A DNA stretch of 61,837 nt. Source: a virus. Its lineage: Duplodnaviria > Caudoviricetes. How positions within the stretch are numbered: position 1 is the stretch's first letter; the number at the start of each line of letters is the position of its first letter. The notes beneath the pieces were generated by a model. The model did not search any database. It had not been told where the DNA came from and saw nothing but the letters and a program-made list of their open reading frames with translations. Below, one piece after another: positions 28,864-39,743 of this stretch. Both the position numbers and the translations under genes were made by a program. Location: positions 1-61,837 of IMG/VR virus record IMGVR_UViG_3300028840_003061. The stretch is one strand, 5' to 3'.

Positions 28864-31800
28864 TATATCCCCCTATACGCCCTGGTAGACAGTGGCCTAA
28901 CATTGAGAGAAAATCCTAATAAACTAAATGATTCTCTTGCATTGCGGTGCGTAAATTTAACAGTAATATACCTACATCTTTGCTTGTTTCGTGGTATAAG
29001 TGTCCTGTAAGGAACATCAGTACCTTCTCCTCCCCAAGCATTTTCGCTCCATACCCAACCGCCCCAGAAGCCAACACCTCGCCCGGTAAACTTTTTACTT
29101 TCAAAATCCATACTGGCGTCAGTAGCAAAGGCAAGCTCTGCAGTTACAAAGTTATTTCCATCAAAGATTGCGGTTCCTTCTGGTATTTGTTTTAATATTG
29201 AAGGATCTCCAAAATGCTGTGGAGCCCACTCTATCTCAGACACAATCCCTTTGTAGTACGTTACTGGTCCAGCAATAAAGGGCATCTGGTACTCAAAAGA
29301 AACAAGACTCTTAGAAGTATTTTTATCTAGGATAATTGCCTCAAACTCAGTTGTTTCATCTACAGTTTTATAATTAGAGTATCCGGTTCCCACAGATGAG
29401 TTTAGTTCTCCAATAAGAACATTGTACTCGTCCTTAAGCTGTTCAAATGTTACTCCAGTAGGAACTGTGTATGTCTGTAGTGGATCGTCTGCAGCTACCT
29501 TAGCAACTAAAGCAATTAGTTGGTCTTGTAACTCTGCTCCCACAGTTAGAGATAAAGAGCTTTCATAATCTGTGTCATCCAATATTACATCAGCATCTAG
29601 CTTTCTGAGAAGCCGATTAAACTTTGCTATAGTTACCCACTGTGTTTGAAGTATGACATCCCCTTGATCCACTTCCAAAACGCTACTTAATTCCACTTGT
29701 AATTCTGTAGCATCTGCTGGCTGTTCAGCAATAGAAAGATCTCCTTCGGAATCAGCAAAGTCTTTTCTTCCATCCCCTTTACGTTCTTTTCTGATAAACC
29801 CGGTATCTCCAGAAGAAAGGTATAACTTATCATCAGACTCATTTACAACTGCACTAGTTGCATTTAACCCTGTCCATCTAACCCATGAAGTATTAAAAGT
29901 ATTGTATCTATATACCTGAGTCCCGGTTGTATCGGTAGTTTCGGTAGGCATCCAAATTAAATAAGACCTATCTGTCTCGTACCCTACTCCAAAAGCTGAA
30001 GTTCTAATATTAAAATCAGAACCGCTTACATCAAATATGCGATCTTCTATTTTTCTAGAAATTACACCAACTCCGCCATCCGAAATAGTCGCAATTCCTT
30101 GAGTAGATAACATATATATCTGGTTATTTAATATTGCCGCACTATCTGGTGCAATTATGGACACAGAGTTATCTAACAGTTTTACGCCAAATGTAGAAGG
30201 AGAGCTACCCGTTATAATGTAAACTCCGTCTGTTTTCATAACAAACAAATTGTCTCTTAAGGCAACGATTCTTTCTATTGGGTCGTCCTTTCCACCAACA
30301 TCCAAGTAATTAACTAAAGGAACCGCTTCTGGTTGAGATGTTTTAGAAAAATAAACTCTATTAGGATTATCTTCATTATCTGATACTTGAGAACCAAGAA
30401 TAACTCTACCAGTGGTGTCTGACACAAAGGTTGCCTGTATTACAAAACTATTTGTTGTAGTACTTTGTATTTCATAAGATCCAACTAGATCGTTATTGTA
30501 TATATAAACGGTATCTCCTGTAGAATATCCGTGAGACGCAACCGTTACCTCAACAGTATCTGGATCTGTTGCTAGATCTACAATATTTGTAATTGATTGA
30601 GCGTTTGGCATAACTGGACTAAATTGACCAGTGATGTCCACTCCATCATCCTGTACCCCTATATAAAATTCGGAATCAGATAGATTCTTTGAACGGAGAA
30701 GGATTACGCCAGGAAGATCATCTTCTCCAGATAAATAAAAAGCACTTACTGGAGACTCGTATGTCCCATGCTGCGTTATATTAAACGTATAGCTTGTATC
30801 AACATCTGCTGCGTCTGTGGCTGGTCCAATATCTACGTTTTCAACAAATACTGTAGAAGTCGATATTACAGTGTTAAAGGAGCCTCCGCTATTGTAACCA
30901 CCAATTTCGTTCCCTGTAGTTAGAGCAACATCATCTGCTGTAGTATCTCCAGATATATCTATTCTGTGTAGAGTATATCCAGACTCCGCAGTAGGCACCG
31001 TTGCATTTGCTCCAGTTGTGTCATAATAAAATTGAACTTTATTGGCATCTAGCGCATCACTAAACAAAAACGACTCGCCGTCTGTTAGAGACGCTTTAGC
31101 TAAACAGTCAAAGTTTGTTGCCTCTCTAGTATCAATATCGCTATTTATTATACGAACCAATGATCTAGCCGTCTCATCTATTGATTGACCAGCAGATATT
31201 AAGTTAGAAAGAGTTACATCTCCGCCATCTTCGGTATTTGCCTGTTCCCCGTCCCCTTGCGTGTTGAAACTAAAAGAAAAAGATGTTCCAGTAATACCAT
31301 CTGTAGCATCATCAGAGTCTCCGTTTTTTGCATTAATTACTGTAACTACATTAGATGCTTCTGAAGCACTAAAGTCAGTTTGGTCATCTATAGAAGTTGC
31401 AAGAGCTGTTGCTACGTCTGCTGCGGTATCTCCTGGATCAAGAACCACTTTTATAGCTATTCTACCTTCGGTATCTGTGTCTGAGGGTTCAACGGTAGAT
31501 CCGGTTGTATCAAACCAGAAAAAATAACCCCTTTCATTGGATGCTGAATTTAGTAAAAAGTATGTTCCATCTAAAGATGCTGCAGCAGTTGTGGTTATTT
31601 CAGTTTCTTCTGTTGCACCGATAAAAGTATACTCTTTGCTAATACTGGAATTCCCAAGTACAAACTTAGATGTCCCAGAAACAAAGTTAGCTGCACTTAA
31701 CATACTAAACTGAAGAAAGTGTCTCGTACTAGTATTTGCGTAGAATGTTGAGTTCCTGAATATTGTTATGTCAGCAGCTTTGGGCGGTTTTTCATTAGAC

Positions 31801-33077
31801 TGGAGAATTCCTTCTCCGCTAACTGGGTTAGTGTACAACAAAGTACCTGATACTCTAAAGCTTTCTGGTATTTCATCTTTTACTGTTATTTCACCAGAAG
31901 CAATATCCGCTGCAGTAAGGTTGGCTTCGTAAACCAAGTTCATTTCATCGCCTGGCTCTAAATCGGCTAAATTATCTTCAATTGTTGTTGTGGTAACTCC
32001 AGTTCTGTATAGTTGAAATAGATAGTCTGTAGTATCCGCGTCTGATGGGATGTTAAAAGTCAAGTTAACGCTAGCAGATTTACCAGTAGAGTTAGATCCT
32101 TGAACTACAGTTGTAAAAACAAACCCAGTTAAGGCTCCAGCGCCATCGGCAACATCAGTTACGTCAGAGCCGCTATTATTAGTAATAGTTATTACATCTC
32201 CGGAAACTTCCACCGATACGTTTGCTATAGAATTTAATATAGCACTAGCAGTTCTAGCGGCCACGGTTCCAGAGGTATCTCCGGTTACAACAGCAACTTC
32301 TATCTCAATTCTATTAACGGTCTCACTAGTTGATGGTTTTGTTGAAGAACCATCTAAATTATACCATACGTAGAAATTAGACCCGTCTCCATCGGACATT
32401 AGAAAGTAATCTGCATCTAGTGCAGTTGCAAGTACTCCATTTGTATCTACAGTCGATACCTCATTTGTTTCTTTGTTACTATCAGTATTTGTTGCTATTG
32501 TTCTAGAACTGACTGCTCCAGTAATTAAATTATTGTTGGAGTCTCTATATCCCCATAATGCTCTGTATGCTGTTTTGCTTAGTGGAGGAAGAAAACCCCC
32601 ATCTTCATATACTAAAGTAGCTTTGATATCTAAGGCTGCAGGACCACCAGCATCTTTAATAAATTTGTCCTGAGTTGTAAAATTTGTCACATTATTTGAT
32701 ATTGTTCCGGAGATCTTCTTTACGCCGTCAGAAGTAGTAAAATATAAGTTACCACTAGCCTCAACGTACTTCATTCTTATACCCGACTCTACTTCGTCAT
32801 ATGTACCACTAAAAGTAGAGAATGTACCATCTTCAGCATCGCTATCGTATTGCAGACTGGAGCCTACATGTCTAATTATTCTATCTTTGTAATTTATTAA
32901 GGTTTTTATTACTTGGCTAGAAGGAGACTCATCTCCATAGTCCGAAAACCCTCTTCTAGGTCTGGCCGTATCGTTTCTATCTATTACAATATTGTTAGCA
33001 GATAGCAAAGACCCCTCGGGAAGCCCCAAAGGATTGTGGTACGTTGATAAGGTTTTTATACTTAGAAGGGATGGGAT
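28863..33077 (-). CDS. Tail nozzle / tubular protein (P22 gp10 or T7 gp12-like) with inserted repeats; probable ATC start
   Basis: N-terminal ANNIVID...RPRRGF; beta-propeller-like NRVYFS..QPEAVP; adjacent to the adaptor; AAGGAGG-5 nt-ATC. Confidence 0.7.
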   Translation of the reverse strand: MPSLLSIKTLSTYHNPLGLPEGSLLSANNIVIDRNDTARPRRGFSDYGDESPSSQVIKTLINYKDRIIRHVGSSLQYDSDAEDGTFSTFSGTYDEVESGIRMKYVEASGNLYFTTSDGVKKISGTISNNVTNFTTQDKFIKDAGGPAALDIKATLVYEDGGFLPPLSKTAYRALWGYRDSNNNLITGAVSSRTIATNTDSNKETNEVSTVDTNGVLATALDADYFLMSDGDGSNFYVWYNLDGSSTKPSTSETVNRIEIEVAVVTGDTSGTVAARTASAILNSIANVSVEVSGDVITITNNSGSDVTDVADGAGALTGFVFTTVVQGSNSTGKSASVNLTFNIPSDADTTDYLFQLYRTGVTTTTIEDNLADLEPGDEMNLVYEANLTAADIASGEITVKDEIPESFRVSGTLLYTNPVSGEGILQSNEKPPKAADITIFRNSTFYANTSTRHFLQFSMLSAANFVSGTSKFVLGNSSISKEYTFIGATEETEITTTAAASLDGTYFLLNSASNERGYFFWFDTTGSTVEPSDTDTEGRIAIKVVLDPGDTAADVATALATSIDDQTDFSASEASNVVTVINAKNGDSDDATDGITGTSFSFSFNTQGDGEQANTEDGGDVTLSNLISAGQSIDETARSLVRIINSDIDTREATNFDCLAKASLTDGESFLFSDALDANKVQFYYDTTGANATVPTAESGYTLHRIDISGDTTADDVALTTGNEIGGYNSGGSFNTVISTSTVFVENVDIGPATDAADVDTSYTFNITQHGTYESPVSAFYLSGEDDLPGVILLRSKNLSDSEFYIGVQDDGVDITGQFSPVMPNAQSITNIVDLATDPDTVEVTVASHGYSTGDTVYIYNNDLVGSYEIQSTTTNSFVIQATFVSDTTGRVILGSQVSDNEDNPNRVYFSKTSQPEAVPLVNYLDVGGKDDPIERIVALRDNLFVMKTDGVYIITGSSPSTFGVKLLDNSVSIIAPDSAAILNNQIYMLSTQGIATISDGGVGVISRKIEDRIFDVSGSDFNIRTSAFGVGYETDRSYLIWMPTETTDTTGTQVYRYNTFNTSWVRWTGLNATSAVVNESDDKLYLSSGDTGFIRKERKGDGRKDFADSEGDLSIAEQPADATELQVELSSVLEVDQGDVILQTQWVTIAKFNRLLRKLDADVILDDTDYESSLSLTVGAELQDQLIALVAKVAADDPLQTYTVPTGVTFEQLKDEYNVLIGELNSSVGTGYSNYKTVDETTEFEAIILDKNTSKSLVSFEYQMPFIAGPVTYYKGIVSEIEWAPQHFGDPSILKQIPEGTAIFDGNNFVTAELAFATDASMDFESKKFTGRGVGFWGGWVWSENAWGGEGTDVPYRTLIPRNKQRCRYITVKFTHRNARESFSLLGFSLNVRPLSTRAYRGI

Positions 33078-33089
33078 GGTATCCTCCTT

Positions 33090-34052
33090 TTAGTAGCCGC
33101 GTCTGCGTCTTCTAGATCGAACACTTTGAGATAGAGTGCTGTGTGTGTTTTTTACCTTTAGTGTAGACCCTTCTGCACGATTATCAATTAGAGTCATAGA
33201 ATTATATTCCATTCTCTCTAATTCTCTTTGAGCATTGTTCATACCTTCGGTATCACCAAGCGCCTCTAGCATCTTGACCGCAGCTCTTTGTGCTAATATT
33301 GGATGAAGCTCTGTAGGAAGTTGCGGTACGATTGATTCTTCTGCTTGAGTTATGATATCTCCAGCCACCAAACTAGAGTCGATGTCCTCTATAGTAGTAA
33401 AAGTTACGGTTTGTGCATTTGCATCAACAGATAAAATAGTACGATCAAATGTTATTATATTATTCGGAGACTTTCCTTGAACTATATCAAAAAGAGTTAT
33501 TGTTGAAAAATGCTCCGGAAAGGTAGACATGGTAATGGTAGTTTCGCCTGGGACAGTAGCAGTATCTATATCCGTTATAACACCACCACGATCATTTTCA
33601 ACTAGTTCGCTCGGTCTCAAGTAATAACTAAACCTCAATGATCCGCTCTGTGCTGTTTCATTTATTAAAACAACACTATCTCCTTTGAGATAAAATGCAT
33701 ATACTCGGTTAGTACTGTAATGGCCTTTGTATTGAGGTACATCTTCTATTGTTACTCTAGTCATCTCATATACTGCTCCATTTGAGTCAACATATGAAAT
33801 CTCCCGTATCTTATTGCCAATAGCTCTGTATGGTATTTTATAGCTAGTCTTGTTGGATACTAAAGCAACGTCCTCACTAACAACATAAAACTCTTCGTGT
33901 GCCTTTAGGACATTTGGTACAACGTGTATTCCGAATTCTTCGTTTAATATGTCCTGAACATCGTCTGATGTAAATGTTGATTGGTTCTCAGGAATCATAG
34001 CCCGACGAAGAGCCGTATTAACTAATCTGTCTGTTGTTAATACTTTGGCCAT
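33090..34052 (-). CDS. Head-tail adaptor (P22 gp4 or T7 gp11-like)
   Basis: LVNTALRRA...ILNEE; PQLPTELHPIL; synteny. Confidence 0.65.
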   Translation of the reverse strand: MAKVLTTDRLVNTALRRAMIPENQSTFTSDDVQDILNEEFGIHVVPNVLKAHEEFYVVSEDVALVSNKTSYKIPYRAIGNKIREISYVDSNGAVYEMTRVTIEDVPQYKGHYSTNRVYAFYLKGDSVVLINETAQSGSLRFSYYLRPSELVENDRGGVITDIDTATVPGETTITMSTFPEHFSTITLFDIVQGKSPNNIITFDRTILSVDANAQTVTFTTIEDIDSSLVAGDIITQAEESIVPQLPTELHPILAQRAAVKMLEALGDTEGMNNAQRELERMEYNSMTLIDNRAEGSTLKVKNTHSTLSQSVRSRRRRRGY

Positions 34053-34062
34053 ATAGCTCTCC

Positions 34063-34323
34063 TTAGCTCATTTTTTTCTTAAGCATCTCAATTAATTCTT
34101 CTCTAGATAATCCTTCTAAATCAGGCATCATATCTTCTTTGGCTTCAAGAATCTCTTTAGCTTTCTCTAACCCTTCTTCTAGACCCTCTTCATCTTTAGC
34201 AATAACCGTTGCTTTGATTGCTTTGGGATCACCTAAACGACCGGCCATACCTTCAGATAAAGCGCGTTTCATTTTCATTAATGCTTTTCTTTTAGCACCT
34301 GTTTTCATCTCTTCTTTGCCCAT
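34063..34323 (-). CDS. Hypothetical charged protein
   Basis: GGAG RBS; preceded by TTAACAACTA. Confidence 0.65.
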   Translation of the reverse strand: MGKEEMKTGAKRKALMKMKRALSEGMAGRLGDPKAIKATVIAKDEEGLEEGLEKAKEILEAKEDMMPDLEGLSREELIEMLKKKMS

Positions 34324-34338
34324 AAAATCTCCATATAA

Positions 34339-34348
34339 TAGTTGTTAA
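34339..34348 (-). promoter_or_regulatory. TTAACAACTA candidate late promoter
   Basis: Exact intergenic copy. Confidence 0.6.
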
Positions 34349-34375
34349 ATTAAAAATATTAAAAAAATCAAATAT

Positions 34376-34861
34376 TTAGCTATTTCTAAACTCACTTAAA
34401 AGCTCTACTGGGGCTTTCATGCTATACTTACCCTGCCCCGTCAGTTTTCCAACCGCTTCCGAACAAAAATATTTATCATTAGATTCCCATCTATTCATCG
34501 GAGAGATCTCTTTATCAAAATACTTATTTAGGGCAATTTGACCACCGAAATAAAGGATTCCTGGCCAATCGTATTTCTTATCTCTGATGTCTTTGTAAAT
34601 CGCTTTTATCTCAGAATACTCTCTTACTCTATTATCACAAGGAACTTTGGCTACTTCTTGATTAATCTTCAACCATTCTTTATAACTAATGACTCTAATT
34701 CCTGTACTTAGTGTAGATTCAAATACATATCTATTATTAATTAGTACTGCAATGTGACTAGGAGTAGTGGGTTCATCAGACATATGTTCAGTGCCCCAAG
34801 ATATAAACCTTGAGCCAATTTTATTATTTTTACTAAATAAATAATCTACAGTTACCTGCAT
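34376..34861 (-). CDS. Permuted papain-like NlpC/P60 (YiiX/YaeF-like) protein
   Basis: SHIAV...FES...G, KYDW, YFCSE (His precedes Cys). Confidence 0.8.
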   Translation of the reverse strand: MQVTVDYLFSKNNKIGSRFISWGTEHMSDEPTTPSHIAVLINNRYVFESTLSTGIRVISYKEWLKINQEVAKVPCDNRVREYSEIKAIYKDIRDKKYDWPGILYFGGQIALNKYFDKEISPMNRWESNDKYFCSEAVGKLTGQGKYSMKAPVELLSEFRNS

Positions 34862-35283
34862 TACCAGTCTTCCCCTTGCTGACCCATTAACGGGTTAACA
34901 CTTTCAAGATCAGCGAACTTAATAAAGTTAACTATAAATTTAACGTCAGTATTGCCTTTATTTTCATATTTCATTCTAGCTCTTAATCCTGCTCTAGGTT
35001 TGGCTGGAAACAAAACAATACTTTGAAGTGTATTTGGTAGGACATTCCAATTCTTACCGAACTTTTTATATCTATACCAAACTCCAGGGATAGCTTCATA
35101 TTCAATAGAGAAGTCTATGTTATCCCCAGGGTTTGAATCCCACGCATATATTTCAAGGCCATTAAAAAGACAATTGTGACTAAAAGTAAAATAGTGGTCC
35201 GTTGTAGAATTAGCAGTTGCCGTAAATAGATCAGAACCCTCAAGTCTAGCATCTAAATTTGGATTATCGAAACTTATACTCAT
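34861..35283 (-). CDS. Putative virion protein
   Basis: Beta-rich; coupled within the late operon. Confidence 0.55.
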   Translation of the reverse strand: MSISFDNPNLDARLEGSDLFTATANSTTDHYFTFSHNCLFNGLEIYAWDSNPGDNIDFSIEYEAIPGVWYRYKKFGKNWNVLPNTLQSIVLFPAKPRAGLRARMKYENKGNTDVKFIVNFIKFADLESVNPLMGQQGEDW

Positions 35284-36761
35284 TATCTATACTCCCTATA
35301 ACTACCGCTAAATAACACGTTACCCGTTCCTGATACTGTCTCAACGACCAGGATTAAGCTTATCTCATTGCCGTCGCAGTCTCTCCCTAAATAAACATCG
35401 CTATCCACTTCAGCATTGAGGTTTGTAACTGTCTTGTTTTTATTTCTGAGCTGTATAAACCCACTCTCTAAAACGCTACCACCACTATAGCTAGGGTTAT
35501 TAGTAAGAACATCTGCAATCCCTTCGCTATTAGCCGTCCATGTAGGGCTTGTTAAAGATGCCCCAACTATTACCTGATAGTAGGCAAAGTTATTACCCGA
35601 TGTTGGGATGAGTGAAAAATGAATCGGCTTTATGGAGCCATTAACGTAGTCAGTGTAATTTAACCTGATGCCTGCAACTACTTTAGGGTTTGTGTTTATG
35701 CTTACAGCAGAAGTGCCAGTATCTACTACTCTAACAACCCCTATGTTGACATCACTTCCTTCTGACTTAACCGATGAGCAGATGAACTTTAATGAGCTGC
35801 TAGAGGCTACCGTTCCAGTGTTTAAGATCTCTGCGCGTATCGGTGCCATGCCTGAGTCCATGTAGACATCATCTAAAAGATTTGAAAACTCCATCTTATG
35901 AACTAGGACTAGATCTTCTCCGATACCTACGTAAAACCTCACCGACTTAACACCGAGCCAAAGAAAATCTATTCCATAGACAGTAGCCTTTGTGGGATCA
36001 AACTCTATCCCGCTCGGGTTATTCGCATCACCGCTGCCGTCTAAAGTGTCTACGTTCCAGCTATCTTGATCCACTTCATTATCAATAGCACTACCAGTAG
36101 AAACAGATTCACGCCTTACTACTTGAAAAGTAGTCCCCTTGGCTTGAAAGAAAAGACCGTGAAGGTTGCAGTAGTAACCAACCCTTTGAGTCAGGTTTGC
36201 CTTCGGCGTATCAAAAGCAGCAGTCATCAGGATTAGCTGAGAGTGACCTTTGTTGTATTCCACTCTTCTATAGGTTTGAATATTACATCTATCTCCACTC
36301 GCTGTGGTTGTCGATAGCACTCTAGCAGGTTCATCGTTAGCAGCAGCAGCTTGAGAACCAGAGCCAGCAGTAGTAACAGCCCAATATCTTGTAGTATCAA
36401 ATGGAGTACCGCCAGTTATCTCAAATATAGTCTTATGGTCACTGACTCTTAAACGCCCTTGCTGATCGAAGTTTGTTTCAGGTAAGCTCACAATTGCAGG
36501 ACTATTATTGCTGCTATTAATAGCAACTGTTGTTGGAAATATGCCTTTTATTAAATCAATTCCATCAGATATACTTAAATCATTTGAACCATCATTAACG
36601 GTTAAAGTTGAATTTCCAACTAAAGTTACAACATCATCTGATGCTGCATATAATAAATAATCTTGAGAAGCAATAGTTATTTGACTACTTGCTGGAACCG
36701 TTTGACCAACATCACTAATTGAAACTGGGTTAGCTGTATTATTTTTTAATATCTTACTCAT
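35283..36761 (-). CDS. Putative tail / receptor-binding protein
   Basis: DQQGRLRVS, QDSWNVDTLDGSG..NPSG, DFLWLGV; beta-rich. Confidence 0.6.
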   Translation of the reverse strand: MSKILKNNTANPVSISDVGQTVPASSQITIASQDYLLYAASDDVVTLVGNSTLTVNDGSNDLSISDGIDLIKGIFPTTVAINSSNNSPAIVSLPETNFDQQGRLRVSDHKTIFEITGGTPFDTTRYWAVTTAGSGSQAAAANDEPARVLSTTTASGDRCNIQTYRRVEYNKGHSQLILMTAAFDTPKANLTQRVGYYCNLHGLFFQAKGTTFQVVRRESVSTGSAIDNEVDQDSWNVDTLDGSGDANNPSGIEFDPTKATVYGIDFLWLGVKSVRFYVGIGEDLVLVHKMEFSNLLDDVYMDSGMAPIRAEILNTGTVASSSSLKFICSSVKSEGSDVNIGVVRVVDTGTSAVSINTNPKVVAGIRLNYTDYVNGSIKPIHFSLIPTSGNNFAYYQVIVGASLTSPTWTANSEGIADVLTNNPSYSGGSVLESGFIQLRNKNKTVTNLNAEVDSDVYLGRDCDGNEISLILVVETVSGTGNVLFSGSYREYR

Positions 36762-37213
36762 TAATTACTTCCAGATAATTCAAGTCCACATACTATATTT
36801 CTGGCAGAACCAGAACTTAATTTTAAAGCTAATTGTTTATTAGTAGGCACAGATTGTCCAACTGTAAAAGATCCGCCTCTAGCAGAGGTAATACTTACAG
36901 TATCTATCAGTGTTAAATTAACCCCATCCCCCTCATGATGGTAAATCTCTACGTCGAAAGTTGCTATGTTTTCGTTGGATATAAATATAGTCTCAACTAC
37001 AGCATTATTTATGTAAACAAATCTTCCCGCTTTATTACTAGGTACTGTTTCACATTGTAGCCATGTGCCGCTATTTACATTAGATGCTTTACCAAAACTA
37101 AAACCTGGCGATGCCGATGTCGCGACCTGATTGAGTTCGTATTGAACTGACTCTCCGCTCTCTGTGGGGATACTTGATGCTACTTGAGTAGGAGATCCTC
37201 TACGGCTGCTCAT
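36761..37213 (-). CDS. Putative virion protein
   Basis: Beta-rich; TAATG coupling. Confidence 0.55.
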   Translation of the reverse strand: MSSRRGSPTQVASSIPTESGESVQYELNQVATSASPGFSFGKASNVNSGTWLQCETVPSNKAGRFVYINNAVVETIFISNENIATFDVEIYHHEGDGVNLTLIDTVSITSARGGSFTVGQSVPTNKQLALKLSSGSARNIVCGLELSGSN

Positions 37214-37500
37214 TATCCAACCTCCGTTATTCTAACGTCTACTGTACCAGAGGCCGCTACTACATACACAGCTAGAGAATCGGCAGCTTCTAACGGAAAA
37301 TATTGTCCTTGAAAAATCTTGGTTCCAGTAGAAGAGGTTAAAGTTCCACTGTTATATCCAAAATAAATATCCCCATCCAGAGGTTGTATAGTTATAACAG
37401 TCCTTTGATCTAACCTACTAGCACCAACCTTAACCTCTTGCGGAGAGGTTGATACAGATAAATTTGTTTGATCTCCTGGACCGTTAATTGGTATAAACAT
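37213..37500 (-). CDS. Small beta-rich virion protein
   Basis: Resembles the C-termini of 37790-38659 and 38698-39735. Confidence 0.55.
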   Translation of the reverse strand: MFIPINGPGDQTNLSVSTSPQEVKVGASRLDQRTVITIQPLDGDIYFGYNSGTLTSSTGTKIFQGQYFPLEAADSLAVYVVAASGTVDVRITEVG

Positions 37501-37727
37501 TATAATTCCTCAGTAGATTGTTCTTGAGGCTTTTCTATAACCCGTTTCACCTCAAATATGTGTTTTTCTATCTTAGGAAGTATTTCTTTTTGTACTTTTC
37601 CTAAAAGTTTAACAAGTAATATACTATCTTGTATAGACATATCACTAAACTTTGCTTTTTTTGATATAAAATTAAAAAAATCAACAAGGTTCTCTTGATC
37701 TTTTTCTGTAAACGAGTATTCAGTCAT
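37500..37727 (-). CDS. Hypothetical protein
   Basis: AGGA RBS; coupled. Confidence 0.55.
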   Translation of the reverse strand: MTEYSFTEKDQENLVDFFNFISKKAKFSDMSIQDSILLVKLLGKVQKEILPKIEKHIFEVKRVIEKPQEQSTEEL

Positions 37728-37789
37728 GTTGTATTCCTATGATGGTTAAATAAGGAAGGGGTTTATCCCCTCCCCATAACATAAAGCGA

Positions 37790-38659
37790 TTAACTAAGTT
37801 CCATAGTTCTGATTTCTGGAGTTTGTCCAGTAGAGCCAACAAACTCGATGTCTATAGATGCTCCGGCTCTTAACTCAACTGTTGCTCCTGGAGATACAGG
37901 AAAACCGTTTGCTACAGTAACTCCAGTTGGACCAATGTAAGCATTCTTGTTGTCCATATTTCTAACCCACAAATACTTTCTACTAGCAAGTGGAGAAGTG
38001 ATGATGTCCTCAGCAGTATTAGCTGCAGCAAGAGTTTTAGCCGCAGTAGCAATAGCGGTGTCAGCTAAAGCCGCGTCTTGGATAGATGCTATGTTTACGT
38101 TAATAGAACCATCCGCCTCAACAGCTAAAAGATCAGTACCATCTCCAATTTGAATTGAATCTGTGGTATGAGAAAGATCTCTGATATCTAGATCAGTAGC
38201 ATCTACAGTAATAGAATTTCCGCCATCTTGGATATTTACGGCAGAAGCTCCACCGGCATTGTTGATAGTTACATCACCGATGTCTACTCCGTCATTAGCC
38301 CCAAGAGTACTTCCAGATACATCCACAGAATCTGTAGCGAATGCCAAGTCTCTGATATCTAAATCGGTAGCAGTAACAGCGATTGATGCGTTAATAAGAT
38401 TAACGTCTAGACCGTGATCAGCTCCAACAGTTGTTCCGGTGTACAATGTAGTACCGTCACCCAAGCTTACTGAATCATCTACATGAGATAAATCTACCTC
38501 TACATTAACACCCTCTGCTAGCCTTACATCTAGGGCCTTCTTACCACCAACATCGGTGTGTGTAAGAAGAGTTCCATCGCTAGCTATTAGATACGCACCT
38601 ACATTATCACTATGAGCAATTGACGTAGCGTCCGTGGTATCGAAAACTAATTGTTTCAT
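37790..38659 (-). CDS. Fibre-like virion protein with ATDLDIRDL repeats
   Basis: Internal repeats; AGGAGG RBS. Confidence 0.6.
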   Translation of the reverse strand: MKQLVFDTTDATSIAHSDNVGAYLIASDGTLLTHTDVGGKKALDVRLAEGVNVEVDLSHVDDSVSLGDGTTLYTGTTVGADHGLDVNLINASIAVTATDLDIRDLAFATDSVDVSGSTLGANDGVDIGDVTINNAGGASAVNIQDGGNSITVDATDLDIRDLSHTTDSIQIGDGTDLLAVEADGSINVNIASIQDAALADTAIATAAKTLAAANTAEDIITSPLASRKYLWVRNMDNKNAYIGPTGVTVANGFPVSPGATVELRAGASIDIEFVGSTGQTPEIRTMELS

Positions 38660-38697
38660 TATTCCTCCTTGTTATTAAAAAACCTCTACTATATTTG

Positions 38698-39735
38698 TTA
38701 AATTACATATAAAATTTCTAAAGTATCTGAATCTTTTGTTGACTGTAAATACACTGTTAATGTTGATGTTGTATTTAATTCAGTTAATTCGTACCTTTCT
38801 CCGGGTAATATAGTCATATAATTTATTCCACTTTGTCCACTAGTGTACGAAAATTTAATAACTCCCTTTTCTCTGGACTTTAACTGTATCTTTTTTGTAT
38901 TGGCTGGAAATGTATAATCATATTCGGTTCCTGATACCGCCATAGCCAAGTTGTCTACTTCATGAGTAGTTGTTGTGGCTTGGCTGGTTCCTATTGATCC
39001 GTCTGGTTGTATATCTAATTCATGGCCATCTGAATCTTTTATACTAATGTTATCTCTAAGGTAGTTAATATTTCTTATATTTTTTGATGGCTCTAATATA
39101 ATGTTTTCGCCACTATCTGATGTAATTTCTGTTACATTACCGTTTGCATCGTATGTAAAGTTTACGATATCTACAGTTTCAGTCAATCCTTGGGTTTCTG
39201 TAGAAATAGTAAACCCGGTGTCAATATCAGAAGAATCTGTAGTTTCTCCCTTTAACTGAGCAGTAATTTGTAATGTAGAACTAAGCGTACTGGCTTCTAA
39301 ATCTACACTACCTGTAATATGAGAACTTATGGCATTTTTTGTTGCAAGAGCTACTACTGGCGCAAGGTCGTTTGGTAGTAGATTTACTTGTATATATTTT
39401 ACGGTAGGAGTGTCTGCTGGAGGGGGAGTACCTATACCAACCGTATACCAAATTCTATATTCTAACGCATCTTTACCAGAAAAAACACTAAAACTTTTAC
39501 CGTCTAATGAACTTGCTACATCTGCTGAGGTTAGTATCGTGGTTACTTCGCATTCACTATCATATAAGTATTCTATTGATGCTAAAGAACCGTTTCCATT
39601 ATACGTATAGTTGACTTGATTATAGTCAACATTAACTGGAAACATTCTGTGGGCATTATAGTTTGGATCATATGCACTTCTATGCTGCTGCGACCAATCT
39701 TGCCATCTATAGTTCTTGTCGTCATTAGTTGCCAT
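38698..39735 (-). CDS. Putative virion protein sharing a module with the nozzle
   Basis: ADVASSLDGKSF...YRIWY..G...P...ND.APVVA. Confidence 0.55.
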   Translation of the reverse strand: MATNDDKNYRWQDWSQQHRSAYDPNYNAHRMFPVNVDYNQVNYTYNGNGSLASIEYLYDSECEVTTILTSADVASSLDGKSFSVFSGKDALEYRIWYTVGIGTPPPADTPTVKYIQVNLLPNDLAPVVALATKNAISSHITGSVDLEASTLSSTLQITAQLKGETTDSSDIDTGFTISTETQGLTETVDIVNFTYDANGNVTEITSDSGENIILEPSKNIRNINYLRDNISIKDSDGHELDIQPDGSIGTSQATTTTHEVDNLAMAVSGTEYDYTFPANTKKIQLKSREKGVIKFSYTSGQSGINYMTILPGERYELTELNTTSTLTVYLQSTKDSDTLEILYVI

Positions 39736-39743
39736 TAATTACC

